Positions 1 through 10,701 of a stretch of 64,000 nucleotides of DNA are shown one piece after another; the stretch's first letter is position 1; every line of letters starts with the position of its first letter. The notes under the pieces were generated by a model that worked only from the letters and a program-made list of their open reading frames with translations, did no database searches and was not told where the DNA came from. The stretch lies in NCBI GenBank assembly GCA_963748015.1, contig CAVVHE010000004.1:1824001-1888000 (forward strand), written 5' to 3'. Source of the stretch: Terriglobia bacterium (lineage in GTDB: Bacteria > Acidobacteriota > Polarisedimenticolia > Polarisedimenticolales > JAIQFR01). Made by a program: the position numbers and the translations under genes.

Positions 1-1014
1 GGTGATCCCCGCCTGCTCGAGGGCCTTCTCCGCGACCTTCCCGGTGATCCCCTTCGAGAAGACGTCGACGAGGAACAGGTGGTTGTCGGTGCCACCGGAG
101 ACGATCCGGAAGCCCCGCGACGCGACCGCCTTCGAGAGCGCCGCCGCGTTGTCCACGACCCGGTCGATGTAGGCCTTGTACGCCGGCTGCAGAGCCTCGT
201 GGAACGCAACCGCCTTGGCCGCGATGACGTGGACGAGAGGGCCTCCCTGGATTCCGGGGAACGTGACCCTGTCGAGGTCCGTGGCGAACTCCGCCTTGCA
301 GAGGATCAGGCCGCCGCGCGGGCCGCGCAGCGTCTTGTGGGTCGTCGTCGTGACGAAGTCGCAGTGCGGCACCGGGCTCGGGTGCCTCCCCGTGGCCACC
401 ATCCCCGCGATGTGCGCGATGTCGGCCATGACCTTGGCGCCCGCCGCCTTCGCGATCGCCGCGATGCGCGCGAAGTCGATCACGCGCGGGTAGGCCGACG
501 CGCCGCAGACGATCAGCTTCGGCTTGTGCTCGAGCGCCAATCGCTCGAGCGCGTCGTAGTCGAGCCTCTCGTCGTCCTTCCGGACGCCGTAGGCGATGAA
601 CTTGTAGAGCTTGCCGGAGATGTTGAGAGGGTGGCCGTGAGTCAGGTGGCCGCCGTGGGAGAGGTCCATGCCGAGAACGGTGTCGCCGGGCTGGAGCGCC
701 GCCAGGTAGACCGCCGTGTTGGCCTGGGTGCCGGAGTGCGGCTGCACGTTCGCGTGCTCGGCGCCGAACAGCTGCTTCGCGCGCTCGATCGCGAGCCGCT
801 CGACGACGTCGGTGAACTCGCAGCCGCCGTAGTAGCGCTTTCCCGGATACCCCTCGGCGTACTTGTTCGTGAAGACCGAGCCCGTGGCCTCGAGCACCGC
901 CTCGCTCACGAAATTCTCGGATGCGATCAGCTCCAGCCCGCCCGCCTGCCGCTGCGTCTCGTGGAGGATCGCATCGGCGACGTCGGGATCCACCTCGCGC
1001 AAGCTCCGGTTCAT
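1..1014 (-). CDS. glyA: Serine hydroxymethyltransferase (3' end runs off the window)
   Basis: Manual translation from ATG 1014: [13 protein letters not shown]...[11 protein letters not shown]...[18 protein letters not shown]...ANVQPHSG...[13 protein letters not shown] (PLP lysine motif). Confidence 0.97.
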   Translation of the reverse strand, partial: MNRSLREVDPDVADAILHETQRQAGGLELIASENFVSEAVLEATGSVFTNKYAEGYPGKRYYGGCEFTDVVERLAIERAKQLFGAEHANVQPHSGTQANTAVYLAALQPGDTVLGMDLSHGGHLTHGHPLNISGKLYKFIAYGVRKDDERLDYDALERLALEHKPKLIVCGASAYPRVIDFARIAAIAKAAGAKVMADIAHIAGMVATGRHPSPVPHCDFVTTTTHKTLRGPRGGLILCKAEFATDLDRVTFPGIQGGPLVHVIAAKAVAFHEALQPAYKAYIDRVVDNAAALSKAVASRGFRIVSGGTDNHLFLVDVFSKGITGKVAEKALEQAGIT

Positions 1015-1039
1015 GTCGGTCCTCCCCGTTTCGCCGGGT

Positions 1040-1507
1040 TCAGCAGCCACACCGCGGATCGCCCGGGGACGTCGCCTCCAGGCGCATGATCTTGTCCACC
1101 CTGCCGTCGTGCCGCCCGTGCTGGAAGGACGCGTCGAGGAACGCGTCGAGCGTCTCCTCCATGAGCCCCGGGCCGGTCACCCGCGAGCCCATGCACAGCA
1201 CGTTCGCGTCGTTGTGCTCGCGCGCCAGCCGGGCGGTGTAGGCCTCGGTGCAGTGGGCGGCGCGGATCCCGCGCACCTTGTTGGCGGCGATGCTCATCCC
1301 GATGCCGCTCCCGCAGACGAGCACGCCGAGATCCGCCTTCCCCTCGGCCACGAGACGCGCCACGCGCCCGGCGAAGTCCGGATAGTCCACCGAGGCGCTG
1401 CCGTGCGTCCCGACGTCCTCCACCGTCTCGCCGCGCCTCGCGAGGCGCTGCTTCAGCCCCTCCTTGGCCTCGTACCCGGCGTGGTCGGCGCCGATCGCGA
1501 TCCTCAT
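1040..1507 (-). CDS. rpiB: Ribose-5-phosphate isomerase B
   Basis: [11 protein letters not shown]...DYPD...[20 protein letters not shown]...[10 protein letters not shown]; typical rpiB-glyA order; ATGA overlap with the upstream gene. Confidence 0.95.
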   Translation of the reverse strand: MRIAIGADHAGYEAKEGLKQRLARRGETVEDVGTHGSASVDYPDFAGRVARLVAEGKADLGVLVCGSGIGMSIAANKVRGIRAAHCTEAYTARLAREHNDANVLCMGSRVTGPGLMEETLDAFLDASFQHGRHDGRVDKIMRLEATSPGDPRCGC

Positions 1508-2859
1508 CGGCTCTCCTCCCTGCGGAGCTGCTCGGCGCTCGGGATCGGGATCGCGCCCATCTCGAGGAGCTTCGCGTGCTCCGCCAGCGCGAACGCGTCC
1601 GTCATCCCGGCGAGGTAGTCGCCGAGGAGGCGCGCGAAGCGCGGGTCGCCCCGGTAGAGCCCGGAAAGGTCCTTCTCGAGCGTCTCGCGAGGCAGGTCCC
1701 GCAGGTATGGTACCCCGGCGATTTCCTTGTAGCGAAGGAGGACGTGGTTCTCGAGGAGCGTCGGGTCGGCGAAGTACCCGGCGAACAGTCCGAGGATCAC
1801 GCGCCGCCCGCGCCCGTCCACGCGGTCGGCCTCGGCACCGCGACGCACCTTCGCCTCGAGGAACCCCTCGAGATCCTCGACGAGACGGAGCACGGCCGAG
1901 GGCAGCCCGACCGTGCCCCCCTCCACGGCGCCGTCGCGGACGTCCAGGAATCCTCCCGGCTCCGTGACGCCGAGACGCGACGCCCAGCGCGCGAGCGCCG
2001 CGTCGCTCGCGAGGATGGCGCTCGTCACCAGGAGATGCGTCAACCCGCGGTGGATCGCGTTCGCCTTCATGAATCGGCCGGCGCGCTGCCGCCAGCGGGC
2101 GCCGAGCTTCCGCTTGAGCTCCTCCACCGCCCGCAGGCGCTCCACCTGCGCGAGGTCGAGAGCGCCGGATTGGAGCGCGTCGTCGAGATCGTGAAGGGCC
2201 GACGCGATCCGGTCCGCGAGCGCCACGACCTGCACCTCGAAGGCCGGCGCGAGCCCGGGACGGACCCCTTCGATGCGGTCGGGCGGCTCGAACGCGCCGC
2301 CGTCCGCCTTCAGGATCCCCTCGCGGACCGCGTCGGTGAGGTTCAGCCCCGGGTGCTCGTAGCGCTTCTCGAGCCGGTCCACGACCCGGATCCCCTGCCA
2401 CGAGCTACGGAACCCGCCGAGATCGCCGAGCGACGGGCCGCCGCGGCCGTCGAGCCTCCCCGACAGGACGTCGTCGAGCGCCCGCTCTCCCGCGGGGCCG
2501 AAGGGCGGCTGCCCGAGGTCGTGGCCCAGGGCGACCGCCTCGACCAGGTCCTCGTTGAGCCGGAGCGCCCGGCCGATCGTGCGGGCGAGCTGCGCGACCT
2601 CGAGGGTGTGGGTCAGGCGGTTCCGCCGGTGGTCCTCGTAGGCGGGAAGGATGCCGGCCTGCGCCTTCTGCCGGAGCCGCCGGAAGGCGCGGCTGTAGAC
2701 GATCCGGTCCCGGTCCCGCTGGAACTCGGTGCGGTAGTCGAACGCTCTCCCCTCGTCCTCGAGCGGGTAGCGGCGCGCGGCGCCGGCAGAGCGCAGGGCC
2801 CATGGGGCAAGGCGAGCATCCTCGGCTCTCTCGAGCGCGAGGCGCATCGGTTCCGGCAT
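1504..2859 (-). CDS. dgt: dGTP triphosphohydrolase-like HD protein with a degenerate active site
   Basis: RTEFQRDRDRIVYSRAFRRL, RLTHTLEVAQ, GHDLG, DYLAGMTD motifs; start chosen at MPEPMR. Confidence 0.85.
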   Translation of the reverse strand: MPEPMRLALERAEDARLAPWALRSAGAARRYPLEDEGRAFDYRTEFQRDRDRIVYSRAFRRLRQKAQAGILPAYEDHRRNRLTHTLEVAQLARTIGRALRLNEDLVEAVALGHDLGQPPFGPAGERALDDVLSGRLDGRGGPSLGDLGGFRSSWQGIRVVDRLEKRYEHPGLNLTDAVREGILKADGGAFEPPDRIEGVRPGLAPAFEVQVVALADRIASALHDLDDALQSGALDLAQVERLRAVEELKRKLGARWRQRAGRFMKANAIHRGLTHLLVTSAILASDAALARWASRLGVTEPGGFLDVRDGAVEGGTVGLPSAVLRLVEDLEGFLEAKVRRGAEADRVDGRGRRVILGLFAGYFADPTLLENHVLLRYKEIAGVPYLRDLPRETLEKDLSGLYRGDPRFARLLGDYLAGMTDAFALAEHAKLLEMGAIPIPSAEQLRREESR

Positions 2860-2976
2860 CGAGTTCTCCGGCGCGCATGCTACAACGCCGTTACGAGCCG
2901 GTTCAAGGCGCCCTGCCGTTCCCCGCTTGCCGCGGGCGCCCCCGGCGCCTAAGTTCTCTGGCGACGGGAGGGGCCG

Positions 2977-3153
2977 ATGGCGATCTCCATTGACTTCGAT
3001 CTCTGCGAGGGCACCGGGGTTTGCGCGGCCGTCTGCCCGGAAGACGTCTTCGATCACCACAACGGCCGCACCTCGATCGTCAAGCCCGACGCCTGCACCG
3101 ACTGCTGGATCTGCGTCGAGCGCTGCGTCTCCGGCGCCGTCTCCCTGGACTGA
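2977..3153 (+). CDS. Small dicluster ferredoxin (58 aa, absent from the ORF track)
   Basis: MAISIDFDLCEGTGVCAAVCPEDVF...DACTDCWICVERCVSGAVSLD; GGGAGGGG RBS upstream. Confidence 0.9.
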   Translation: MAISIDFDLCEGTGVCAAVCPEDVFDHHNGRTSIVKPDACTDCWICVERCVSGAVSLD

Positions 3154-3206
3154 TCGCTGCCGCGACGCTTGCCGCGCGAATCTCGTCGGGTTAACGTTCG
3201 AGTCCC

Positions 3207-4694
3207 GTGACAAGGAAACTCGAAGGACTCGGCGACCTCGGCGCGGAGCTGGCGCGGCGCGCGCGATCCGCCGGCTTGATGCTGGTGTGGCGCGCGCAGG
3301 CCCGGTCGGCGCGGCGCGTGCTCGTGCAGGGCGGGCGGACGGAGGAGAGCCGCGCCGTCTCGTCGTGCGGCCATGGCCTGCAGATCGTCACGCCGGAAGG
3401 AGCGACCGCGCTCGCGAGCCGGGACGGGCTCGACGCCGAGCCCGCCCTGGGCCTCCTCGGCCGCGCGGCCGAGGCGGCGGCCGCGGACGCGTCGCTCGGC
3501 CTGCACCGCGGAGCGATTCCCGAGCTGCCGCCGCTCGTCGCGCGAGACGTGCCCGAAGGCCTCGACGCCTTCGAGCGGGTGGACCTCGCCGAGGTGGCGA
3601 AGCGGCTCGCGGCCATCGGCGCGGAGATCGAGTCGCGCGTTCCCGGGGTGACCCTCCGTCTGAGCTACCAGGCCGAGGTGGACGCCTGGCGGATCTTCCG
3701 CTCCGACGGGACGGACGTGCTGTACGCGATGCCGAGGTGCACGATGCGGCTGGGCGCCACGTCGGGCGGCGATCGGGAGCGTCACACGGTGGCGGCGTCC
3801 GTCGCCGGGCCGGACCCCGCGCTTCCGTGGAACGACGCGTCGGCCTCGCTCTTCGCGAGGAGGGGCATCGTCGCCGCGGAGCTGGCCCGCTCGCTGCCCG
3901 GAGCGCCTCCCCATCCCGCGGGCACCTTTCCGCTGGTCATCGACTACGCCCTCGCCAAGGGGTTGGCGCACGAGGCGTTCGGGCACGCGGCGGAAGCCGA
4001 CGGGTTCCGCTCGTCCATCCTCGCGCGGGACGGCCGGTTCCGGACCGGGGACACGGTCGGTGCCCCTCACGTCTCGATCGTGGACGAGCCGGTGCGCGGC
4101 GACCACGCGTGGCAGCCGTTCAGCGCCAACGGCCTGCGCCGCGAGCGCACCACGATCGTGGAGCGCGGCCGCCTCGCCGGCGCGCTGTCCGATCCCTGGT
4201 CGGCCGGGCCCGGCGGGGTCCCCCTGTCGGGGGCCGAGCGGGCCGAGTCGTACCGGAACGCCCCGCTCTCCAGGATGAGCAACATCAGGATCGAGGCGGA
4301 AGGCGCGCTCCCCGCGCCCGGGTCGTTCGAGGACTACGGGCCCGAAGAGCTGCGCGACCTGCTCGACCGCGCGGGGGTGCTGAGGCGACACCCGCGGGTG
4401 GCGTTCCTGTCGGGGTACAGCGGCGGGCAGGTCAACACCGCGTCCGGCGACTTCGTGTTCCACTGCAAGGCGATCTACGCGCTGGGGCGGGACGGGATCC
4501 GCCTGCACCGCCCCGCGATCTTCTCGGGCTCGATGCTCGGCGCGCTCGGAGCGATCCGGGAAGCGTTCGGGCCGCTCCTCCTCGACGCGATCGGCACCTG
4601 CGGGAAATGGGGCCAGAGCGTGCCGTCGAGCGGGGGAAGCCACTACTTCCTGGTCCTCGACCCCGGCGATGCCTTCCGGCTCGGAGGATCGTGA
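3207..4694 (+). CDS. tldD: TldD-family metalloprotease subunit
   Basis: LAHEAFGHAAEAD (HExxGH), SRMSNI, C-terminal CGKWGQSVP. Confidence 0.88.
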   Translation: MTRKLEGLGDLGAELARRARSAGLMLVWRAQARSARRVLVQGGRTEESRAVSSCGHGLQIVTPEGATALASRDGLDAEPALGLLGRAAEAAAADASLGLHRGAIPELPPLVARDVPEGLDAFERVDLAEVAKRLAAIGAEIESRVPGVTLRLSYQAEVDAWRIFRSDGTDVLYAMPRCTMRLGATSGGDRERHTVAASVAGPDPALPWNDASASLFARRGIVAAELARSLPGAPPHPAGTFPLVIDYALAKGLAHEAFGHAAEADGFRSSILARDGRFRTGDTVGAPHVSIVDEPVRGDHAWQPFSANGLRRERTTIVERGRLAGALSDPWSAGPGGVPLSGAERAESYRNAPLSRMSNIRIEAEGALPAPGSFEDYGPEELRDLLDRAGVLRRHPRVAFLSGYSGGQVNTASGDFVFHCKAIYALGRDGIRLHRPAIFSGSMLGALGAIREAFGPLLLDAIGTCGKWGQSVPSSGGSHYFLVLDPGDAFRLGGS

Positions 4695-4695
4695 C

Positions 4696-5994
4696 GTGCC
4701 GCTCGGCCGCCTGCTCGACGCGATCCGGAGCTTCCGCGAGGGCGGGAAGTCCGTGCGCGACTGGTCGGTCTCAGGGGTCGAGACGCGGCGGCTCTCGCTC
4801 GGCACGCGCGACCGGGAGACCGGAGGCCCCCACTCCCCTCTCGACCTGGCCGAGTCGTTCGGCGCGCGATTCCTGCTCGTCTGGGACGACGGACGGGTGA
4901 GCACGGGCGAGGTGGACCGATCCGAGATCGGGAACGGCGCCCGCGACGCCATCGCGCGGGCGCTCGCCGCCGCACGCGAGGATCCGGACGCGGCGCAGGT
5001 CCACGGCCCGGTGCGGGCGCCCGGCGTCGAGCTCCACGACCCGGCGGTGGCGCGAATCGCGATGGGCAACGCCGCCCCGCACGCGGCGCGCCTCGCCCGC
5101 ATCCGCCGGTGCGTCGCCGACCACGGCTTCCGCACGTGGAGCGGCTCGATGACCGCGTCGGAATCGCGGAGCCGCATCGTCACTTCCGCCGGTCTCGACG
5201 CCGAGGTCGTCGCGACCGGCGCCTACTGGGGCGTCACGTTCGAGGGGGAGCTGGGGGACGGGTTCCACGGCCGGGCCGAGGAGCCCGAGGAGGCGTTCGA
5301 GGCCCGCCTCGAGCGCCTCGCGGACCGGGTCGTCCGCCTGAGGCTGGCTGCGCCGCGCGCTCCCTCGGGGCTCCGCCCGGTCCTCCTCCATCCGAACGTC
5401 GTCGAGTCGTTCGTGTTGAGAATCTTCCTCGACAATCTCGACGGCGCCGCGGTGGCCCACGGCGAGAGCCACTTCCGCGAGGAGCAGTTCGGCTCCTCCG
5501 CTCCCGTCCTGCGCGAGGACCTAGCGCTCCGCGTGGACCCTCTCGAGCCGCTCCGCGCGGGCTCGTACCGCTTCACGAGGGAGGGGGTCCCCGCGGCGCG
5601 CTGCGCGCTCGTGGAGCGGGGACGGCTCGCCACCCCCATCCTGGACCTCAAGTACGCGCGGCGCCTGAAGCGGGCGCCGACGGCGCTCGTGAACGCGTAC
5701 GACACCCTCCACCTCGAGGGGCCCGAAACCGTTTCGTTCCCCGATGCGCTCGGGCAGGCGGAGGGGGGCCTGCTGGCGCTGCACGTCCTCGGCGTGCACA
5801 CGCTGGACCCGACCAGCGGCGACTTCTCGCTCTCGGCCCCGCAGGCCCTTGCGATCGAGGGCGGCGAGCTCGGCGGTCGCGTCCGCGCGACCCTGTCGGG
5901 GAACCTCTTCGAGAGCCTGAGGAGCGAGGCGCTGCGACTGGTCCGCTTCGAGGGGTACACGACCCCCGGATTGCTGATCTGGTGCCGTCTCTAG
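4696..5994 (+). CDS. pmbA: TldE/PmbA-family subunit
   Basis: Follows tldD; EGVPA, GVHTLDPTSGDFSLS, TLSGNLFE; no HExxH. Confidence 0.82.
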   Translation: MPLGRLLDAIRSFREGGKSVRDWSVSGVETRRLSLGTRDRETGGPHSPLDLAESFGARFLLVWDDGRVSTGEVDRSEIGNGARDAIARALAAAREDPDAAQVHGPVRAPGVELHDPAVARIAMGNAAPHAARLARIRRCVADHGFRTWSGSMTASESRSRIVTSAGLDAEVVATGAYWGVTFEGELGDGFHGRAEEPEEAFEARLERLADRVVRLRLAAPRAPSGLRPVLLHPNVVESFVLRIFLDNLDGAAVAHGESHFREEQFGSSAPVLREDLALRVDPLEPLRAGSYRFTREGVPAARCALVERGRLATPILDLKYARRLKRAPTALVNAYDTLHLEGPETVSFPDALGQAEGGLLALHVLGVHTLDPTSGDFSLSAPQALAIEGGELGGRVRATLSGNLFESLRSEALRLVRFEGYTTPGLLIWCRL

Positions 5995-6018
5995 CCCCTG
6001 CCCCCTGCCCTGGCCGGC

Positions 6019-6078
6019 TTGACAAAGCCCGACCCGAATCCCATCAAACTCCTCTCGGAACAGTAACTTCACGAAGTT
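6019..6078 (+). promoter_or_regulatory. Putative heat-shock promoter (TTGACA-N14-TCCCAT) plus palindrome AACTTC-AC-GAAGTT upstream of clpB
   Basis: TTGACA 6019-6024, TCCCAT 6039-6044 (sigma32-like spacing), inverted repeat 6065-6078. Confidence 0.4.
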
Positions 6079-6099
6079 GGAAAGGTAGGGGTCCGGCCG

Positions 6100-8717
6100 A
6101 TGCGAGCCGATCGTCTGACCTTGAAGACCCAGGATGCTCTCGGCGAGGCGCGGAAGATGGCCCTCGATCTCGGGCATCCGGAGATCCGCCCGCTCCACCT
6201 GCTGCTGGCGCTCGCTCGCCAGAAGGACGGGATCGTCGGGCCGATCCTCGAGAAGCTCGGCGCCGACCCGCGGGCGGTCGCCTCGGACGCCGAGGAGCGC
6301 CTCCGCTCGGTGGCGCGCGTCGAGGGAGACGTGGACGTCGCCCTGTCCCGCGCGCTCTCCCAGGTCCTGCAGGACGCGGAACGTGCGGCCAAGGAGTTCC
6401 AGGACGAGTACCTTTCGACGGAGCACCTGCTGCTCGCGATGGCGCGCGGGACCGGCGAGGCGGCCGAGATCCTCCGACGCTTCGGCGCGACGGCCGACGG
6501 CGTTCTCCGCGCGCTTCGCGAGGTTCGCGGCACGGCCAAGATCACCGACCAGAGCCCCGAGGAGAAGTACCAGGCGCTCCGCCGCTACGCGCGCGACCTG
6601 ACCGAGCTCGCCCGCCAAGGGAAGCTCGACCCCGTGATCGGGCGCGACGAGGAGATCCGGCGGGTCATGCAGGTTCTCTGCAGGCGCACGAAGAACAATC
6701 CGGTCCTGATCGGCGACCCGGGAGTCGGCAAGACGGCGATCGCGGAAGGGCTCGCCCGCCGCATCGCGGACGGCGACGTCCCCGAGTCCCTCAAGGACCG
6801 CGCCGTCGTCGCCCTCGACCTGGGCGCGCTGATCGCCGGCACGAAGTACCGCGGCGAGTTCGAGGACCGGCTCAAGGCGGTGCTGCGCGAGATCGAGGAG
6901 TCCGACGGGCGCGTGATCCTGTTCATCGACGAGCTGCACACGCTCGTCGGCGCCGGAGCCGCCGAGGGGGCCGTGGACGCGGCCAACCTCCTCAAGCCGG
7001 CGCTGGCGAGGGGCGAGCTGCGCTGCGTCGGCGCCACGACCCTCGGCGAGTACCGTAAGCACATCGAGAAGGACGCCGCTCTCGAGCGGCGATTCCAGCC
7101 GGTGACGGTGAAGCGAGCCGTCGGTCGAGGACACGATCTCGATCCTGAGGGGCCTGCGAGGAGCGCTACGAGGTCCACCACGGCGTGAGGATCCAGGACG
7201 CCGCGATCGTCGCGGCGGCGACGCTTTCCAGCCGCTACATCGCCGACCGCTTCCTGCCGGACAAGGCGATCGACCTCATCGACGAGGCCGCGGCGCGGCT
7301 CACGCATGGAGATCGACTCCGTCCCGGCCGAGGTGGACGAGGTCCAGCGACGGATGACGCAGCTCGCAGATGGAGCGCCAGGCGCTCGGCCGCGAGACGG
7401 ACGCCGCCTCGATCGAGCGGCTCGAGGGGATCGAGCGGGAGCTAGCCGAGCTCAAGGAGCGCCACTCGAGGATGAAGGCGCGGTGGACCTCGGAAAAGGA
7501 GGTCATCTCCCGGATCCGGGCGGCCAAGGAGCAGATCGAGAAGGCCCGCGGCGACGCCGACCGCGCCCAGAAGGAAGGCGCGCTCGAGGTGGCGGCGCGC
7601 CTCCGTTACGGCGACGTCCCGAGGCTGCAGAAGGACCTCGACGCGGACAACCTCCGCCTCGCCGAGCTGCAGCGCGACGGCGCGATGCTCAAGGAAGAGG
7701 TCGGCGAGGAGGACATCGCCGAGATCGTCTCGAAGTGGACCGGGATCCCGGTGGCGAAGATGCTCGAGGGGGAGATTCGCAAGCTCGTCCACCTCGAGGA
7801 GGAGCTGCATCGCCGCGTCGTGGGTCAGGACGCCGCCGTCTCGGCCGTCGCCACGGCGGTCCGCCGCGCGCGCTCCGGGCTCAAGGACCCCGACCGCCCG
7901 GCCGGCTCGTTCGTCTTCCTCGGCCCGACGGGAGTCGGGAAGACCGAGCTCGCCAGGGCGCTCGCGGAGTGCCTTTTCGACGACGAGCGGGCGATGATCC
8001 GGCTCGACATGTCCGAGTACCAGGAGCGGCACACGGTGGCGCGGATGATCGGCGCTCCTCCCGGCTACGTCGGCTACGAGGAGGGAGGCCAGCTCACCGA
8101 GGCGGTCCGCCGCCGGCCGTACGCCGTGGTTCTGCTCGACGAGATCGAGAAGGCGCACGCGGAGGTGTTCAACCTCCTGCTGCAGGTCCTCGACGACGGG
8201 CGGCTCACCGACGGCAAGGGCCGCACGGTGGACTTCCGGAACACGATCCTGATCATGACCTCGAACCTGGCCTCGGGCTACATCCTGGACCACGCCGGCG
8301 AGGACCCGGAGCGGCTGCGAGGACGCCGTGGACCAGGCGCTCCGCGAGGCGTTCCGGCCGGAGTTCCTGAACCGTCTCGACGACACGATCGTCTTCCGCT
8401 CGCTGTCGCGCGACGACCTGGCCGCGATCGTCGACCTCCAGGTGGAGCGCCTCCGGAAGACGCTGGCCGGGCGGAGGATCGAGCTCGTCGTCACCGACGC
8501 CGCGCGTCGGGTGCTCGCCGAGGAAGGGTACGACCCCGCGTTCGGGGCGAGACCGCTGAAACGGGTGATCCAGCGGCGCCTGCAGGATCCTCTGGCGATG
8601 AAGCTCCTCGACGGGACGTTCGAGCCCGGCGACACGGTCGCCGCCGGCGCCCCGGCGGGCGAGATCGTCCTCGAGAAGCGCGCCCCCGCACCGGCGGGCA
8701 CGGACCGGACGGAGTAG
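6100..8717 (+). CDS. clpB: ATP-dependent disaggregase ClpB, split by about five apparent +1 frameshifts (probably assembly errors)
   Basis: N domain, [25 protein letters not shown], coiled-coil M domain, [26 protein letters not shown] spread over ORFs 6100, 7185, 7306, 7370 and 8328. Confidence 0.95.
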
Positions 8718-8741
8718 AATTCGCCGGGGGAGGAAGGCACC

Positions 8742-9197
8742 ATGGCCATCCAGCGCTGGGATCCGCTCCGAGACATGCTCGGCATCCAGGAGAAGATCAA
8801 CCGGCTGTTCGAGGACGCCCTGGCGCGCTCGGGCGGGGCGGCGGAGACGGAGTCGCTCGTGACCAGCGGCTGGCGGCCTCCGGTGGACATCTTCGAGCAG
8901 GGCTCGCAGTTCGTGCTGCGCGCCGACTTGCCCGGCGTCGGGGCCGATACCGTGGAGATCGAGGTGGAGGCGGAGGCCCTCGTGCTGCGCGGAGAGCGCA
9001 AGGCCGACACCGCGGCCCCGAGGGAGTCGTACCTGAGGGTCGAGCGGCCGCTCGGCAAGTTCTCGATCCAGGTCACGCTCCCCCCGTCGGTGGACCGGTC
9101 GGCGATCCGCGCGTCGGCGCGCGACGGCGTGCTCGAGGTCGTGCTCCCGAAGAAGGAGGAGCGCGCCCCGGGCCGTATGAAGATCGAGGTGAAATGA
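8742..9197 (+). CDS. Hsp20/alpha-crystallin small heat-shock protein
   Basis: [37 protein letters not shown]-terminal IEV. Confidence 0.93.
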   Translation: MAIQRWDPLRDMLGIQEKINRLFEDALARSGGAAETESLVTSGWRPPVDIFEQGSQFVLRADLPGVGADTVEIEVEAEALVLRGERKADTAAPRESYLRVERPLGKFSIQVTLPPSVDRSAIRASARDGVLEVVLPKKEERAPGRMKIEVK

Positions 9198-10051
9198 TGA
9201 CGACCACGAATTACCTGAAGACGGCGCTCCTGCTGGGGCTCCTCACCGGGCTCATCGTGCTGTGCGGAGGGGCGCTCGGCGGCCGGAGCGGCATGGTCTT
9301 CGCCCTGGCCGTTGCGGCGGTCATGAACCTGGGATCCTACTGGTTCTCGGACAAGATCGTCCTCGCGATGTACCGCGCGAAGCCGGTCTCGGAAGCCGAG
9401 GCGCCGCGGCTGCACTCGATCGTCCAGCGGCTCGTCGCCAGGGCCGGGATCCCGATGCCGAAGCTCTACGTGCTCCCGGAGCGGGCGCCCAACGCGTTCG
9501 CCACCGGGCGGAACCCGTCGCACGCCGCGGTCGCGGTCACGGCGGGACTCCTCGAGATGATGGACGACGAGGAGCTCGAGGGGGTGATCGCGCACGAGCT
9601 GGGACACGTGAAGAACCGAGACATCCTGATCGCCTCCATCGCGGCCACGATCGCCGGCGCGATCACCATGCTCGCCAGCATGGCCCGCTGGGCGGCGATC
9701 TTCGGCGGGGTGGGCGGCCGCGACGACCGGGAGGGCGGCGGCGGCGGCGCGCTCGGGTTCATCTTCATGGCGATCCTGGCGCCGATCGCCGCCGTGGTCA
9801 TCCAGATGGCGGTGTCCCGCTCGCGGGAGTACGCCGCCGACGCCTCGGGCGCCCGCTTCGCGGGGAGCCCCGCGGGACTCGCCCGCGCCCTCGAGAAGCT
9901 CGGCCGCGCCTCGGAGCGCATCCCCATGAACGCGAATCCGGTCACCAGCCACATGTTCATCGTGAAGCCGTTCTCCGGCAGGACGCTGTTCAACCTGTTC
10001 AGCACCCATCCCCCGATCGAGGAGCGCGTCCGCCGGCTGCTGGGTCGCTGA
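9194..10051 (+). CDS. htpX: Zinc metalloprotease HtpX
   Basis: [49 protein letters not shown] overlap with hsp20. Confidence 0.95.
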   Translation: MMTTTNYLKTALLLGLLTGLIVLCGGALGGRSGMVFALAVAAVMNLGSYWFSDKIVLAMYRAKPVSEAEAPRLHSIVQRLVARAGIPMPKLYVLPERAPNAFATGRNPSHAAVAVTAGLLEMMDDEELEGVIAHELGHVKNRDILIASIAATIAGAITMLASMARWAAIFGGVGGRDDREGGGGGALGFIFMAILAPIAAVVIQMAVSRSREYAADASGARFAGSPAGLARALEKLGRASERIPMNANPVTSHMFIVKPFSGRTLFNLFSTHPPIEERVRRLLGR

Positions 10052-10077
10052 GAAACACCTTTTCCGGGAAGTCCGAC

Positions 10078-10701
10078 ATGTTCGACACCAGGGAATCCGG
10101 CGACGGATCCGGGCGGCCTGCCATGAAGATCGAGGACAAGCGCCACTGGGCGCGCAAGCCGGCCGAGGAGGCCGCTGAAGAGGGGGGCGCCGAGGAGGCC
10201 CCCTCGCTCCACCCGACCCTCGTGGACGAGTACCGCCTCCGCGCGGAGATGGCCGAGAAGAAGCTCCACGAGTACATCGGCGCGTTCAAGCAGGCCCAGG
10301 CCGACCAGGAGGAGTTCCGCGCCCGGCTCCTCCGCGACGTGGACCGCAGGGTCGAGCTCGCGTTCGGCAGCGTCGTCGCCGAGCTCCTCGACGCCGCGGA
10401 CGACATGGACCTCGCCCTCTCGCACGCGCGGGGAGTCCCCGGGGCCGAGGCGCTGGCGCGAGGCGTCGAACTCGCCCGCGACCGTTTCCTCGCGACCCTC
10501 GAGCGCCACGGGGTCGAGCGGCTCGCCCTCGACGGGACGGAGTTCGATCCCAACGTGGCGGAAGCGGTGCAGCTGGTGGACGCCGCGGAGCCGGACGCGG
10601 ACGGCAAGGTCGCGGCCACCCTCCGATCGGGCTACCGCCTCGGCGACCGGGTGATCCGCGCGGCGCGCGTCGCCGTCGCCCGCCATCGCCCGGCGAGCTG
10701 A
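10078..10701 (+). CDS. grpE: Nucleotide exchange factor GrpE-like protein
   Basis: Coiled coil, FDPNVAEAV, SGYRLGDRVIRAARVAVA; alternative start at 10123. Confidence 0.85.
   Translation: MFDTRESGDGSGRPAMKIEDKRHWARKPAEEAAEEGGAEEAPSLHPTLVDEYRLRAEMAEKKLHEYIGAFKQAQADQEEFRARLLRDVDRRVELAFGSVVAELLDAADDMDLALSHARGVPGAEALARGVELARDRFLATLERHGVERLALDGTEFDPNVAEAVQLVDAAEPDADGKVAATLRSGYRLGDRVIRAARVAVARHRPAS

Noticed and set aside
1504..2859. dGTPase as an anti-phage defence gene
   Set aside because: Housekeeping context (rpiB-glyA), no defence-island neighbours, and the catalytic His is missing
7370..10051. Apparent ClpB-HtpX fusion ORF of 893 aa
   Set aside because: Produced by a frameshift near 8321 reading through hsp20 out of frame; clpB, hsp20 and htpX each have their own stop and start
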